Shown piece after piece: positions 32,038 through 47,955 of a stretch of DNA of 64,000 nt. This stretch comes from the human T2T-CHM13v2.0 reference genome, Homo sapiens: the NCBI RefSeq assembly GCF_009914755.1, contig NC_060933.1. One strand, written 5' to 3'. Numbering within the stretch: position 1 is the first letter of the stretch; each line of letters opens with the position of its first letter. The translations under genes were made by a program, and so were the position numbers. Under the pieces are notes generated by a model. It had not been told where the DNA came from, ran no database searches, and saw nothing but the letters and a program-made list of their open reading frames with translations.

Positions 32038-32676
32038 AATGTGGGGGCCCACCCAGCATTCCCATTCTCCTCTGGGGGAGGGTCCAGTCCTCTCCTGTGA
32101 GGAGGCGCACCCCGCTGCCTCGTTGCAGTGGCCATAAAGGTAAGGAATCAAGACTCAGCTGGTGCAATTGATAAACCTGGGCTCTCAGCAACGTGGAAAG
32201 AAACAGGCCAGCATCTTTGGGGAAAGGATCTTCACATACCGTGGCGACCAGGTAACTGTGCACAGACCGAGGTAAGAAATGTAGCAGGGGTGACAAAGTA
32301 TTTCCTTGGTGGTCAGGATATTCTGGAGGTCGAAAGTGTGTGTGAATGATCACAAGCACTACTGCTTGTGTTGCTGTTTGTGTAGATGATACTAAGCATT
32401 ATTGCTGTGAGGAGTGAGTGGGTCCTATCTGCGGTTTTTTTATTTGAACAAAAAACCTTTGAAGAGGAATTCAGTGTATCCTCATAGGGCTCAGGGCAGA
32501 TCCTGCTGTGAGGTTTATACCATGATGCGAATGCTAAGAGGGACCTAAAATTCCTGGGAGAGAAGCAACCAGAGTGGATGAAGCGAAAGAAGCGTGCAAG
32601 GAGCCTCCAGCAGGTGGCGTTAAAGGATAGGGAAGAAATCTCTAGCATGTGGGATTGAGCCTAACCAGGACCTAAC

Positions 32677-34681
<2,005 letters not shown>

Positions 34682-37528
34682 TGGGGTCAGGGGTTCTGTC
34701 TCTTTTATCTTGAGTTCCACCAGGAGCCCTTGATAAGTCTAGAAGTGGGACTTAAGCATGAGTTTATAACCTTTTTAGTCAATTCAGGAGTGGCTCGATC
34801 CTCTGTTTGTTTTCCCCCCATCTAAATTGCCTGCTCTTCAGAGGAACTTTTGGTTTGTGGGGTAAAGGGAGAAGGATTTAAAGCAAAAATTTTAGAAAAC
34901 ACAGCAGTCAGATACCAGGCTCAATCAGCTCATATTCAGTTTTTGTTAATCCCTAAAGCAGGGACTAATTTACTAGGGAGGGATTTAATGTTGAAGTTAG
35001 GCATAGACCTGCAGCTCAGCCCAAGAGGATTCCTCACTTCATTAAAGCTACTCACCACTGCAGATGAAAAATATATTAATCCTAATGTCTGATCCAAAGA
35101 AGGAAACTGAGAGAAACTCTGAGTCCCTCCAAGCACATGAAGCTAAAAATCCCCAGGGAAGTAGTAAGGAGGAAACAATACCCCATTCCCCTAGAGGGCA
35201 GGATAGGGTTGAAACCTATAATTGAAGGTCTTATTAAAGATGGGCTTCTTGAGCCCTCTATGTCCCCTTATAACACCTCAATATTGCCAGTCAAGAAATC
35301 ACATGGGTCATACCGGCTGGTACAGGACCTTAGGGCTATTAACCAAATAGTCCAAACTACCCACCCCATTGTCCTCGATCCTTACAGCATTCTCAGCAAG
35401 ATTCCATATAATAATCAATGGTTTACTGTAATAGATTTGAAGGATGCTTTTTGGGCATGTCTCCTGGCAGAAGATAGGCCAGATATATTTGCTTTTGAGT
35501 GGGAGGATCCCCATTCAGGGTAGAAACAACAATATCGATGGATAGTCTTACCCCAAGGGTTCACAAACTCCCCTAACCTTTTCAGTCAAATTTTAGAACA
35601 AGTATTAGAAAAAGTTATCATCCCAAACAAATATGCCTGCTCCAATACGCTGGTGAAGATATAGAGAAGGTAGCTGGCTTCTCTACACATATTCTCAACC
35701 ATCTGCAGTTCGAGGGGTTATGAGTCTCAAAGGGAAAGCTTCAGTATGTAGAACCTGAAATTAAATATTTAGACCACTTGATAAGTGCAGAGAAGTGAAG
35801 AATAGGGCCTGAACGAGTTGAGGGAATCGTGTCCCTACCCTTGCCTCAAACTTAAGAACTCAGGAAATTTTTAGGGTTAGTTGGATACTGCTGCTTATGG
35901 ATTAACTCACATGCACTAAACAGTAAAATTCTATATCCAAAACTTTCCCAGGGGAAGACTGACCATTTCCTGTGGATTTCTGAGGAAGTCGATCAGGTTG
36001 AAGAGCTGAAAAAAAGGCTTATAACAGCCCCTCTCTTAGCCTTACCTTCCCTAGAAAAGCCATTCCACCTTTTTGTCAATGTGGATAATGGGGTAGCTTT
36101 AGGAGTGCTCACTTAAGAACACGGAGGCCATCGGCAGCCCATGGTGGCCTTCCTGTCAAAAGTCTTAGATCCAGTTACTTGTGAGTGGCCTCAATACATC
36201 CAATCCATTGTGGCTACAGCACTAATGGTCAAAGAAAGCAGGAAGTTAACCTTTGGAGGAAAATTGACAGTAAGAATGCCCCATCAAGTTAGAACTATCT
36301 TAAACCAGATAGCAGGGAGGTGGCTTACTGACTCAAGAATCTTAAAGTATGAGACTATTCTGTTAGAAAAAGATGATTTAACATTAACCACTGATAATTC
36401 CCTTAACCCAGCAGTTTTTCTAATAGGGGATCCAAAGCTAAAGAGATAGCACACATGTTTAGATTTAACTGATTACCATACAAAAGTCTGACCAGACCTA
36501 GGAGAAACTCCCTTCAGGATGGGATGACACTTATTTATAGATGGTTCTTCCCAGGTGATTGAGGCAAAAAGATGCAATGGGTATTCAGTAATTGATGGAG
36601 AAACTCTTGAAGAAATTGAGGCAGGAAAATTGTCTAAGAATTGGACTGCCCAAACTTGTGAGCTGTTTGCACTCAGCCAAACCTTAAAGTACTTGCAGAA
36701 CCAGGAAGGAGCCATCTATACCAATTCTAAGTACGCCTTTGGAGTGGCTCATACATTCGGAAAAATTTGGACTGAACGAGGTCTCATTAATAGTAAACGT
36801 CAAGATCTTTTTCATAAGGAGATATTCACCCAAGTATTGAATAACCTTCAGTTGCCAGAAGAAATAGTGACTGTCCATGACCCAGACACCAGAAAAGTCT
36901 TTCTTTTGACAGTCTAGGAAATAACCCAGCAGATTACATAGGCAAACAGGCTGCCATTTCTTTTAAAACATCTATTTTTCACTGAACTCTTTACCTTCTT
37001 CCTCCTAACATAATCTCCATTTTCTCTTCCACTGAAAAGAGAAACTAATAAAAATAGGTGCTAAGGAGAATTCAAAAGAAAAATGGATATTGCCAGACCA
37101 GAGGGAAATGTTGTCCAAACCCCTTATGAGGGAAAACTTGTCCCAACTGCATCAAGGGACCCACTGGGGGTCCCAAGCCATGTGTGACACTGTTCTGAAA
37201 GTTTTTGGGTGTATAGGAATTTATACTCTGGCCAAACAGGTTACAGAGAGTTGCTTAGTATGTAAGAAAACTAATTAACAAACTATAAAAAGATTACCCC
37301 TTGGGAGAAGGAGTCCAGACTTAAAGTATCCAGATTGATTACACAGAGATGCCTCCAATAGGTCGTCTAAAATATTTACTAGTGACAGTAGATCACCTTA
37401 CTCACTGGGTCAAAGCTATTCCCTTTTCAAATGTGATGGCCAATAATGTAGTTAAGGCCTTAATTGAAAATATAGTGCCCAGGTTTAGGCTAGTAGAAAA
37501 CATTGACTCAGAAAATGGAACCCATTTT
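34682..37528 (+). pseudogene. ERV pro-pol remnant (PR, RT, RNase H, N-terminal half of IN)
   Basis: FLVNSG, NLLGRDL, YRLVQDLRAIN, IDLKDAF, LPQGFTNSP, LFIDGSS, HHCC motif (HQGTH...CLVC), IDSENGTHF. Confidence 0.9.
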
Positions 37529-39432
37529 GCCTCAAACTGTTACATTTGATGCTTGCCTTGTTATACCTTGTGGAGACTTGTCAGGTCAAAGACAGCTCTC
37601 CAATTCAGAAAAGTACCTCTGTACTTCCTGGCTGTCCTCAGACTGGACATTAGTGAATTTGGATCATTTAGTCTGGGAAAGTTTCAATGAAGACCCCAGT
37701 GTCAACTGGGAGTTTTGCCCCCTTGACACAGAGCTTTTATGACGTAGTTGGTCCAACTACATGCAAGTGAGAGCAAGGATGGCTGCCCCAACCAGTAGTT
37801 GTAATTTCTAAAACCATACCTTCATTTTACTAAAGATATAGCTCCCCCTAACTTTCAGGTAAACTAGTGCAACTCAATACAGGTTATTATTTCAAACCTT
37901 CAAAGTTCTTCCCCTTCTCTAAGCGAATTCCCTTCTTTAAGCTGGTTTTATGATATGGGAGCTGAGTTTTCAGAAACAGACCCTATTGGTTCTTTGAAAT
38001 ATGCTTCATTTCTCCCCTACTGCTTACAGCTTCCCCTAAGTCTTCTTCCAAAAACTCTCACAATGAAACTGTTGTTCCTCCTCCATCTAATGAGAAGACC
38101 AAGGTAGCTATTGTAAAAGTTAAAGACCTAAAACAAACTTTGGCAACTGAGACAGGATATCAAGATGTGAATGCCTGGTTGGAATGGATCAAATACTCCA
38201 TTCGCACTTTAAACAAAAGCAATTGTTATGCTTGTGCACACAGCAGACCAGAGGCCCAGATTGTTCCCTTTCCACTAGGATGGTCCTTCAGTCAACGAGG
38301 CATGGGCTGTATGGTAGCTCTTTTCCAGGGTTCCACAGCCTGGTGTAACAAGTCATGTCAATCTCTCTCTCTGCTCTATCCCAAAGTTCAACACCTTGCA
38401 GGTCAGCCCCCAAGGACCATCCAGCTTCCTTCTCCTGACACTAAGTTCACTTCATGTCTCTCACAACAAGGAGGAAACTTAGCTTTGCTTGGAAACCTAA
38501 AAGATGCAGTAAGCTTAAGACTTTCCAAGAGCTTACCAATCAGTCAGCCCTTATACAATCCTGAGCAGATTTATGGTGGTATTGTGGTGGATCTTTACAG
38601 GACACTCTGTCAAGTAACTGGAGCAGCGCTGGTGCTCTAGTCCAGTTGGCTATACTTTTCACTCTGGCATTTCATCAACCAGAAAAAGGGAAAACACAAC
38701 ATAGTAAAGCAAGGGAAGTCCTTTATGGGTCTTTTGACTCCCACATTTATTTAGATGCTATTGGAATCCCATGAGGAGTACCAGATATATTTAAGCCCAA
38801 GTTCAAATAGCTACCGGATTTGAATTGATATTTTGGTATGTGACAATAAAAATGTAGATTGGATAAATTAAATCTATAATAATCAACAGTGGTTTATTAA
38901 TTACACCAGGGGTGTTGTCAAAGGAATAGCGGAACAATTGAGGCCCACTAGCCAGATGGCCTGGGAAAACAGAATGGCCCTAGTTATGATATTAGCTGAA
39001 AATGGTGGTGTTTGTGTTATGATTAAAACTCAGTGTTGTACCTTTATCCATTGGGGGCAAACAACACTGCCCCCAATGGGAGCATAACAAGGGCCCTACA
39101 AGGATTTACCACTTTATCCAATGAATTAGCTAAAAATTCTGGAGTCAATAACCCTTTCTCAAGATGGCTAGAAAGGTGGTTCAGTAAATGGAAAGAAATT
39201 GTAGCCTCAATTCTTACTTCTCTTACAGCAGTAATTGGTGTACTCATTCTTGTTGGGTGTTGTGTCATACCATGCATCCATGGGCTAGTGCAAAGGCTTA
39301 TAGAAACAACACTTTCTAAAACCTCCCTTAGCTGTCCTCCACCTTATTCAGATAGGCTTTTCCTTTTAGAGGATCAAGTTGAAAAAAAAAATCCAAGACA
39401 TGCTAAAAAGGTTTGAAGAGGAAGGGCTATAA
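37529..39432 (+). pseudogene. ERV env remnant (gamma-type), N-terminus deleted
   Basis: FDACLVIPCGDL, CYAC, ISD-like WENRMAL..., CX6CC (CVMIKTQCC), hydrophobic TM segment; many stops and frameshifts. Confidence 0.85.
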
Positions 39433-39449
39433 AAATTGAAAGAGGCAAT

Positions 39450-40055
39450 TGTAGAATACAGTGAATTACTCTTCAAAGGTTTTAGCCTGTTAACATCCTT
39501 TAAAATTCAAGAGAGGGAAGATTGTTAAGTACAGTGAGTTCTCATTTCCTCTTCAAAGAGTCAATAAGTCAGTATGTTCAGCTTCTCTGTTCTTTGTTCT
39601 CCATTTAAAGTTTAACTTCCTCATTCTTTATGCCTCCTTGCCCCTAGTTTCAGTAAATGACCCCCTCCTAGTCCCTATCACCTACTCTGTCCTTAGTCAT
39701 TCTTAGTCACTTGCTCTGTTCTTAGTCATCCTTAGTCACCTGCTCTGTAACCATCCTTCCTGAGGAAACTACCCACCCCGCCACTCTGGCTTGCACCCCT
39801 GTCCTCTTTGAAGTAGCCAGTCAAAATTAGCTTAGAGTGTGCAGTACAACCCTATCCAATAGGGGAAAGATACAGCAGTAGGGACTATCTGTATTAGGAA
39901 TAAGAACCCTTTCCCCTCCCTTATCCAGTGTGCCCTTGCCATTGCTCCATCTGCAAGACTCACCCTTCTATAGAAGTAAATTTGCCTTGCTGGAGTGTTA
40001 ACTTGTTGTTGGAGTGCTAACTCTTCTTTGTGGCACCAAAAAGTTATTTCCAACA
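39450..40055 (+). mobile_element. 3' LTR (LTR10 family)
   Basis: TGTAG...CAACA, preceded by a purine-rich tract; CCAAT box; TTAGTCA repeats. Confidence 0.9.
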
Positions 40056-40365
40056 CGAAGCTGCACCCTTGGTGGAGGGAACATCTGACGAAGTTCAATG
40101 TTTGGGGAAAACAATATCTGGAAAGATTGAAGAGTCAGCAGGAGAAACACCTAGGAAAATTACAAGGCCTGTGAAAGAAACATCTGAGAAATTTGCATGG
40201 CCACAAGAAAGACCTACAAAGACCACATGGGAGGAAAAAGAAACATCTGTAAAGACTGAATGCGTGGCAGGAGTAACATCTAATAAAACTGAAGTTTTGG
40301 AAGAAGGAACATCTAAGATGATCACATGTCCTACAAAAAAACAGCTACAAAAGCAAGTACACATG
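40056..40365 (+). pseudogene. Exon 7, distal part (after the provirus)
   Basis: EAAPLVEGTSDEVQCLGK...ETSVKTECVAGVTSNKTEVLEEG; donor ATG|GTAAG at 40366. Confidence 0.87.
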
Positions 40366-41135
40366 GTAAGATGCTTGAGTGAACTTTGTAGAGTTTATTG
40401 GCACTTTGGGTTCCCTAGTGGAAATAGTGTGGTATGGGAGTAGTCGGGAATGGCTTGAATGTCTAGATAAGGCAAGCTTGGGCAACACATTTTAATAGTG
40501 TAGAAATGAGTAGATCTTATTCTATAGGCCCTGGAAAAATTCCCAGAATACTTCTGGCTGTAAATATTAGATGAACTAACTAACAATTGCTAAAACCATA
40601 GAAACCAAAGTTTTTTTGGTGGTACAGGGATACTATAGGATCTCACTCTGCCCCCCACCCCCATTATTAGTTGTGCTATCGGCAGTGTTTTGTCCATGTC
40701 TCCTTTCTTGGTTGGCTAATTAGCAACAGCTCCAATCATCATGCTAACTCAAGACAATATCTGAAGGCTGGGGGTGCTGCTTTTGTTCACATTTTTTTTT
40801 TTAAATAGGAAGAAAACTTGGAAGCTTGCAGTAATCTTCCTGTAACATTTTATTGGCTGGATTATACCACATGCTTATTTCTATACCAATCACTAGGAAA
40901 GCAAATGTAATTACTGTGATTAGCTTAGAATAATGATTTTTCTTTTAAGATTGGATGGGGGTAACGGAATAGTAAATATCTAAATGAACTTGTGTTTCTA
41001 CAGCAATAAAGAATAAATAATGACTATGCATAGGAAGCCAGCAATGTTTTCTGCAGGAACACAGTGGAAAAGTTTGAGCAGGGGAATCACAAGATTAGAT
41101 TTGAGTATCAGGGCATTCTGGTCATGGTATAAAGC

Positions 41136-41347
41136 AGAGATTGGCAAACTTTTCCTGTAAAGTGCCAGATAACGAATATGATGGGCCATGTGGTCTCTAT
41201 TACAGCTATTCAACTCTGCCATTGTAGGGTGACAGGAGTCATAGATAATGGATGGGCAAAGAGGCATGATTGTACTCCAATAAAAGTTTGTATAAAAAAC
41301 CATTTAGAAAGCTGAATTTGGCCTGTGGCCTATAGTTTCTGGCCCTT
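41136..41347. mobile_element. MER58A-like hAT element
   Basis: CAGAGATTGGCAAACTTTTCCTGTAAAG start and TTTGGCCTGTGGCCTATAGTTT end. Confidence 0.7.
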
Positions 41348-42499
41348 CATATAGAAGATAGATGGAGGATAATCACATAAAAAGATTTAAAGATGAAGTT
41401 TTTGTAGTAGTTCATGCGATGGTCTTTTTTTTTTGTAACAAATCTGTGGCCTAGTATCAATCTATTATGAAAGTTTGATCCATCAAGGGTAAAATGAATC
41501 AAGTTCAGAAGCTCAATTTACACATTTAAACATGTAGGTCCTTCTTTGGCATTATTTTATTTTGATTAATTTTTTTAACTTAAAAAATAAGAACAGTAAT
41601 TTGTAGGGTTTCTTTTTTCCCTGTGAAAGCCATCAGTTAAGGGGCCACGTTTAACTAGGAAATATAAATATAAAATAAATAAGTATGTATTTCCAGTGGC
41701 ACTGGAAAGATAAAGCAAAGGCAGAAAAGAGGTGCAGTTAATATGGCTTAGTGATAATTGAGTTTAAAAAGCTAGGGGACAGATAAAATCTCAGGTCATT
41801 CATAAGTTTTCAGATTGTGCACAAGCATTTACAATGATCATGGGGAAGGAGTAGGAATTTCTCAGGTTAACAGAGAAGTGCAAACAGTCATGAGACAGAC
41901 CAACAGTTTTCTTTACATATTGAGTTCAACGAAACATTCTTGTGGGATACTTTCAGTAGGCAATTGGATTATATGCATTTCTAGCTGGAGATAGAACTCT
42001 GCTTGAAGATGCAGGCTTAGAATACTTTTATTATAATTATTAGGCAAAGCCATAGATCTCAATGAGCTTATCCATGAGGCAGTAGATGTAGAATAAAAAG
42101 AAAGCCATTGACAAAACCCTGGGAATATCAACATTTCACAAGAGTCAAAGGACTTGGTAAAGGAGACTGAGCAGTGGTTAAAGAAACGTAGAAGAGGAGT
42201 CTGAGAAAGTGATGTTACAAATTTCTTTTAAATGTGAGAATTTCAAGCAGTAAAATTACTCAAAAGTCTACTGGATTTAACTTACAAGTTCTTCAGTGGT
42301 AATCTGTTCAAAAGAATTATTTTAGAGTTGTTAGGTATACTTTTGATGTGGTTGATATTTCTGGTATCCAAGAAGAAATCTCCCAAGATCCTACCTAACT
42401 TTTTGTAACTAAAGCAGCATACATACACAGGGAGTGGGAAAATGTCTAGACTGGTGAGTACACATGCCAACATTTTTCCAGAATTTTCTGCCTCCCTAT

Positions 42500-44220
42500 A
42501 CGGCTTGAGTAAGGGGTTTAGAGATTTTAGACTATACTTGGGAATTTGTCTATTTCTTTTGCAGTTCTGTCAATTTTTGTATCATGTATTTTGAAGCATT
42601 TATGTTATTATGTACATAAATATTTAGGACTGTTATGTTTTCTTGATTAATTGAACCCTTTGTCACTATAAAATGACATTGTATATTGCTGGTAATATTT
42701 TTGCTATGAAATGTACTTTGGTATTAATACAACCACTCTTCCTCAGCCTTCTTTTGTCAAGTGTTAGTGTGGTATATCTTGTTTCATCTTTTAACTAATT
42801 TTTGTCTTTATATTTAAAGTTTATTTCTTATATGCATTATACAGGTAAGACTTGCTTTTTTATCCATTCTGACAATCTGCCTTTGAGTAGAGGTTTTTAG
42901 AGCAGTTTAATTTATAATGTAATTATTGATATGATTAGAGTTGTCTGTCATCACACTGTTTGATTTCTATTAGTCCCAGATCTTCTTTGCTTTGCTTTTT
43001 TCCTTTTTCTGCTTCCTTCAGACTAGTTTAGTAATTTTTATGATTTAGTTACATATCTGTACATGCATAACTTTTTTAGTTATTAATCTAGTGTTACATT
43101 TCTTTATGATTTAGTCATATCTTTTTTGGTATAAGTTTATTTGGTATTAGGTATAACTCTTTGCTGTCCTAGTAGTTGCTTTGGGATTTATAGTGTATGA
43201 ATTTACCTCATCACAATCCACCTTCAAGTAATATTATATCATATCATAGACGGTATAAGAAATTACAACCATATTTTCATTTCTTTTCTATCAGCCAGAT
43301 CCCAGCCTAGATCTGTGGGATTATGGCTGTCGTTAAGTTTAAAACATATTTAGCCAATTTTTTTCTCAAGTTTTTTATTCTGCCTCTCCTCCTACCTCTT
43401 TGGGGACTTATATATTACCTGCTGGAAGTTTGCTCATAGTTCACTAGTGTCTCAAATTTGTGACTCTTTTATTTCATGATGGCGAATTAATCTATGCTCA
43501 TATCTACTCAGTGCAGCTTTCATCTCCAGCATTGTAACTTGTATCTCTACAAGTGCAATTTGATTTTTAAAAGTATCTTCTACTGCTTTACTTATCTTCT
43601 TGAATTTTATGGTAGAATAGAGTTGAGTTACTTATAAAGAGCTTGATCCTTTTCATTTTTCTTTTTATGGTATGAGCTAACTCCCCATACCTGAGGCAAG
43701 GCCTTTCTGAGTATTCATTCTCCTGTGAAGTCTCAGTTTTCCCAGGCAAATCTATAAAAATAGATGCTCTTCTTGGCGCTGTGTGAACACCAGTTGTGAT
43801 TTCCTATAATTTTATAGGCCACCCCCCACCCCCACCTGGTTTGTTCTTAGGTAGTTTTCTAGCTCACATGCAATTTCCAAAATTTTGCTAAATATTGACA
43901 GGGGGTTTCTTGCCATTGATTCTGTATCTCTCTCTCCTCCTCAGTGTTTGTTCTGTAATATCTGTCTGCTTTGGTTTTACCAGACTCTAAGCTTCATCAA
44001 TGTAACCAAGAGAGTCTGGTAGATCCCACCTCAGTTTTTTCTTCCTGTGTCATGTCTCGGAATCTCTGTCAAGGCAGGAAGCTGAAACATTCATAAGGTT
44101 TGCTTTCTTTCGTGTTTTTTTTTTTTTTTCTGTTTTTCAGGGATTATTATCTCTTTGCCCAATGTCCAGTGTCTGAAAAATTGTTTACTGTATTTTGTGT
44201 GTTTTGGTTCTAGTTATTTT
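42500..44220 (-). mobile_element. Old L1M fragments
   Basis: T-rich decayed reverse L1 (TCCATTCTGACAATCTGCC etc.); boundaries approximate. Confidence 0.5.
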
Positions 44221-44683
44221 AGCTATGAAGAAAAATCATACCTGTTGCTCTCCCTTGGCTAGAGGCAGACTACACTAGAGTTTCAGCACATGCCACAGAC
44301 TGGCTAAAATGCTTTCCTTCCCTGTTTGCTCAACTGCTTCCTTTTCATTCTTCATTCCTCAGTGTAGCTATACATTCCTCGGGGGAATTTTCCATGAGCC
44401 TAGTATAGATCTAATTCTTAGCAATCTGTTTTCTTACAGTATCTATCTGAATTTATAACTGTCACTTTTCTGGGGCTTCGTCTTTTAGTACATTTTAAGT
44501 TAAACAAAGGCAGAGGTTTTTGTTTTTTTCTGTTTAATCTGCAGAGCTTAGTATAATGCCTTCCACGAGGTAGGCAAACAATATATATTTGTTCAGTGTA
44601 TGAATTAGTGATTTTTAAAATATGCAGTTCTTTATATCCCAAAAGTACTTATATATTTTATTTCTATCTCCTCCTGGAGACAG

Positions 44684-45204
44684 ATTCAACTAGCCTATCA
44701 AAATTCTTGGATGCAATTCTTTCTTGTGAAAGAGCAAGGGAACTTAAAAAATATCCCTGTGAGCCAGGCGCCGTGGCTCACGCCTGTAATCCCATCACTT
44801 TGGGAGGCCAAGGCCGGCAGATCATGAGGTCAGGAGATCAAGACCATCCTTGCTAACACAGTGAAACCCCGTCTCTACTAAAAATACCAAAAAAATTAGC
44901 CGGGCGTGGTGACGGGTGCCTGTAGTCCCAGCTACTCAGGAGGCTGAGGCAGGAGAATGGCGTGAACCCAGGAGGCGGAGCTTGCAGTGAGTGGAGAACG
45001 CGCCACTGCACTCCAGCCTAGGCAACAGAGTGAGACTCCGTCAAAAAAAGAAAGAAAAAAAAAATCCCTGTGAACAACTTACAGCAAAAATGAAACAAAT
45101 GAAAAAAAAGCTTCGTGTACTACAAAAGGAACTATCAGAACCAAAAGAAATAAAATCATAGAGAATCAAAAAGTTAAAAGAGAACAAGAGCTCTGCAGTG
45201 TGAG
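44684..45204 (+). pseudogene. Coiled-coil exon interrupted by an AluY
   Basis: ACAG|AT; [25 protein letters not shown][Alu][23 protein letters not shown]...EQELCSVR; donor GTATGA at 45205. Confidence 0.87.
44763..45063 (+). mobile_element. AluY-like, exonic insertion
   Basis: CpG-rich Alu; TSD ATCCCTGTGA (44753-44762 / 45064-45073). Confidence 0.94.
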
Positions 45205-46470
45205 GTATGACATACTAGTATATAGGATACTTTTAGTACTAGCTGACTTACCTTCTGAGGTTTAACTAGAGAAAGAAATCTCTGTCTTGTAGTGTCAAAT
45301 CCATTTAAATAATACAAGTTATTAACTGTGAATACATCTCCTGATAATTAAATGCATATTTATTTAAATCACAATTTTAATGGCTACATAGAAGGCCATT
45401 ATTTGGAAACCCCATTATTTACTTAAAAAATTATTTTTTTTATTTTTAATTTTTTTGTGTTATAATAAGTGCTGCAAGGCATAATTGCATGTAAATCCTT
45501 TTCTACCATTCTAATTATTGACTTGGAATAAATTATTCAATATAAAAATATTTGGTTAAATTATAGGAAGTTTTAAGAAGTTCTTTGTTCATTACTTCTA
45601 AATTGTTCTCAAGAAAATTTATATTCATTTATAGTTCAACAAAGAGAGTGTGAAACGGCCATTCCTCTACCCCCAATAATCATTTTCCTTTAATTATACA
45701 CTTGAAATCTTAATATGCATGGAGTATAAAGAAAAATATAGAGTAATTTATGACTAGTATATTCAACATCTCTCTCTCTCCTACATAAATAAAATCAATT
45801 CAGAATTCTATGTTAAAAACACTTATTATTTTTATTTTTTAATTAAATATAATATTCTGTCTTATTCTAAAAGAGATTTAAAATTTGTTGATAAAATATA
45901 AAATAATCAACAAGATACATTTAAAGTATTACTAAAAAAAGAAACAAAAGATATATGGGATAACAGATATTAGATTCTTCAGCCTAGTCTCAGATTTTAA
46001 TATTATAATTATGTTTAAGGATATTTGCCTTATTTTTTAAAGATGAATATTTATGTCTAATAAATATGTAAACTTGTTTATAAAAAGTAACGTCATTTTA
46101 ATTAGTTAACTCTAAATGATCTGTCCTCATTGAGGAGTAATTTTGACTGTTATATTTTTAAAATAATAATTTTCAACTTATAACTTTACTGGATAGCTTC
46201 CAGTATTCTTTTCTGTAACAGTTGTTGAAGTTACTAGTAACAGAATCTTTCTAACTAGAAGATGTTTTTTTTTCACTATTTTTCAAGTATGTGTATCATT
46301 TGGAAGAGAGTTCAGTAATAAATTAAATACCTCAGAACTAGAAAGGAAAAACGTATTCAAGAATATAGGAATTTTATTGGAATAATAAACCAATATAGGA
46401 AGAAGTAGATCTCAAAGTGAATTCTATTTTCTAACAAAATGAATTTTAAGATAAGTATATTTAATGGCAG

Positions 46471-46650
46471 AGTGACTTTAAAACAAGAAGAGAAGAGAAG
46501 AAATGCCAATACATTAAATGAAAAAATTAGGGAAGAATTAGGAAAATTCGAAGAGCAGCAAAAGAAAAAGTTAGAAGTGAAGCAACTTGAACTCACTCTC
46601 TGAATGTACAAAATGTGGAATTGAAGACTGTAAGAAGTAATTTGAATCAG
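46471..46650 (+). pseudogene. Last recognisable exon (coiled coil); stop codon and lost donor
   Basis: GGCAG|A; VTLKQEEKRRNANTLNEKIREELGKFEEQ...; TGA at 46601; CAG|CTCAAT instead of GT. Confidence 0.83.
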
Positions 46651-46779
46651 CTCAATCAATCACTGGTAAAAATTTTATATATTTCTAATTTTATTTCATC
46701 AATATTACTTTTAATATCCCTTCGATTTAGTATGTATTATTCAGAATTATGATAATGCCGCTATAATATTTAGGTACAA

Positions 46780-47679
<900 letters not shown>

Positions 47680-47680
<1 letters not shown>

Positions 47681-47955
47681 TCAGAAACATAAAATCAAAT
47701 ACTGCATGTTCTTACTTAAAAATGGGAAATACATAATGCGTAAACATGAACAAAGAGTGTAAAATGATAAGACACTGTAGACTCAGAAGGGTGAGAGGGT
47801 GGGAAGGGGAAGGGTGATGAGAAATTACTTAGTGGATACAGTGTACATTGTTCCAGTGATAAACACACTAAAAGCTCAGACTTCACTCCTACCCCATATA
47901 CCCATGTAACAAAATTGCACTTGCACTCCTTAAATTTATACAATTTTAAAAAATG
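47680..47955 (+). mobile_element. L1MA-type 3' end
   Basis: CTGCATGTTC...CCATGTAACAAAATTGCACTTG...A-rich end. Confidence 0.72.

Noticed and set aside
38140-39416. Domesticated (syncytin-like) env
   Set aside because: Fragmented by stops and frameshifts, signal peptide deleted and furin site decayed.
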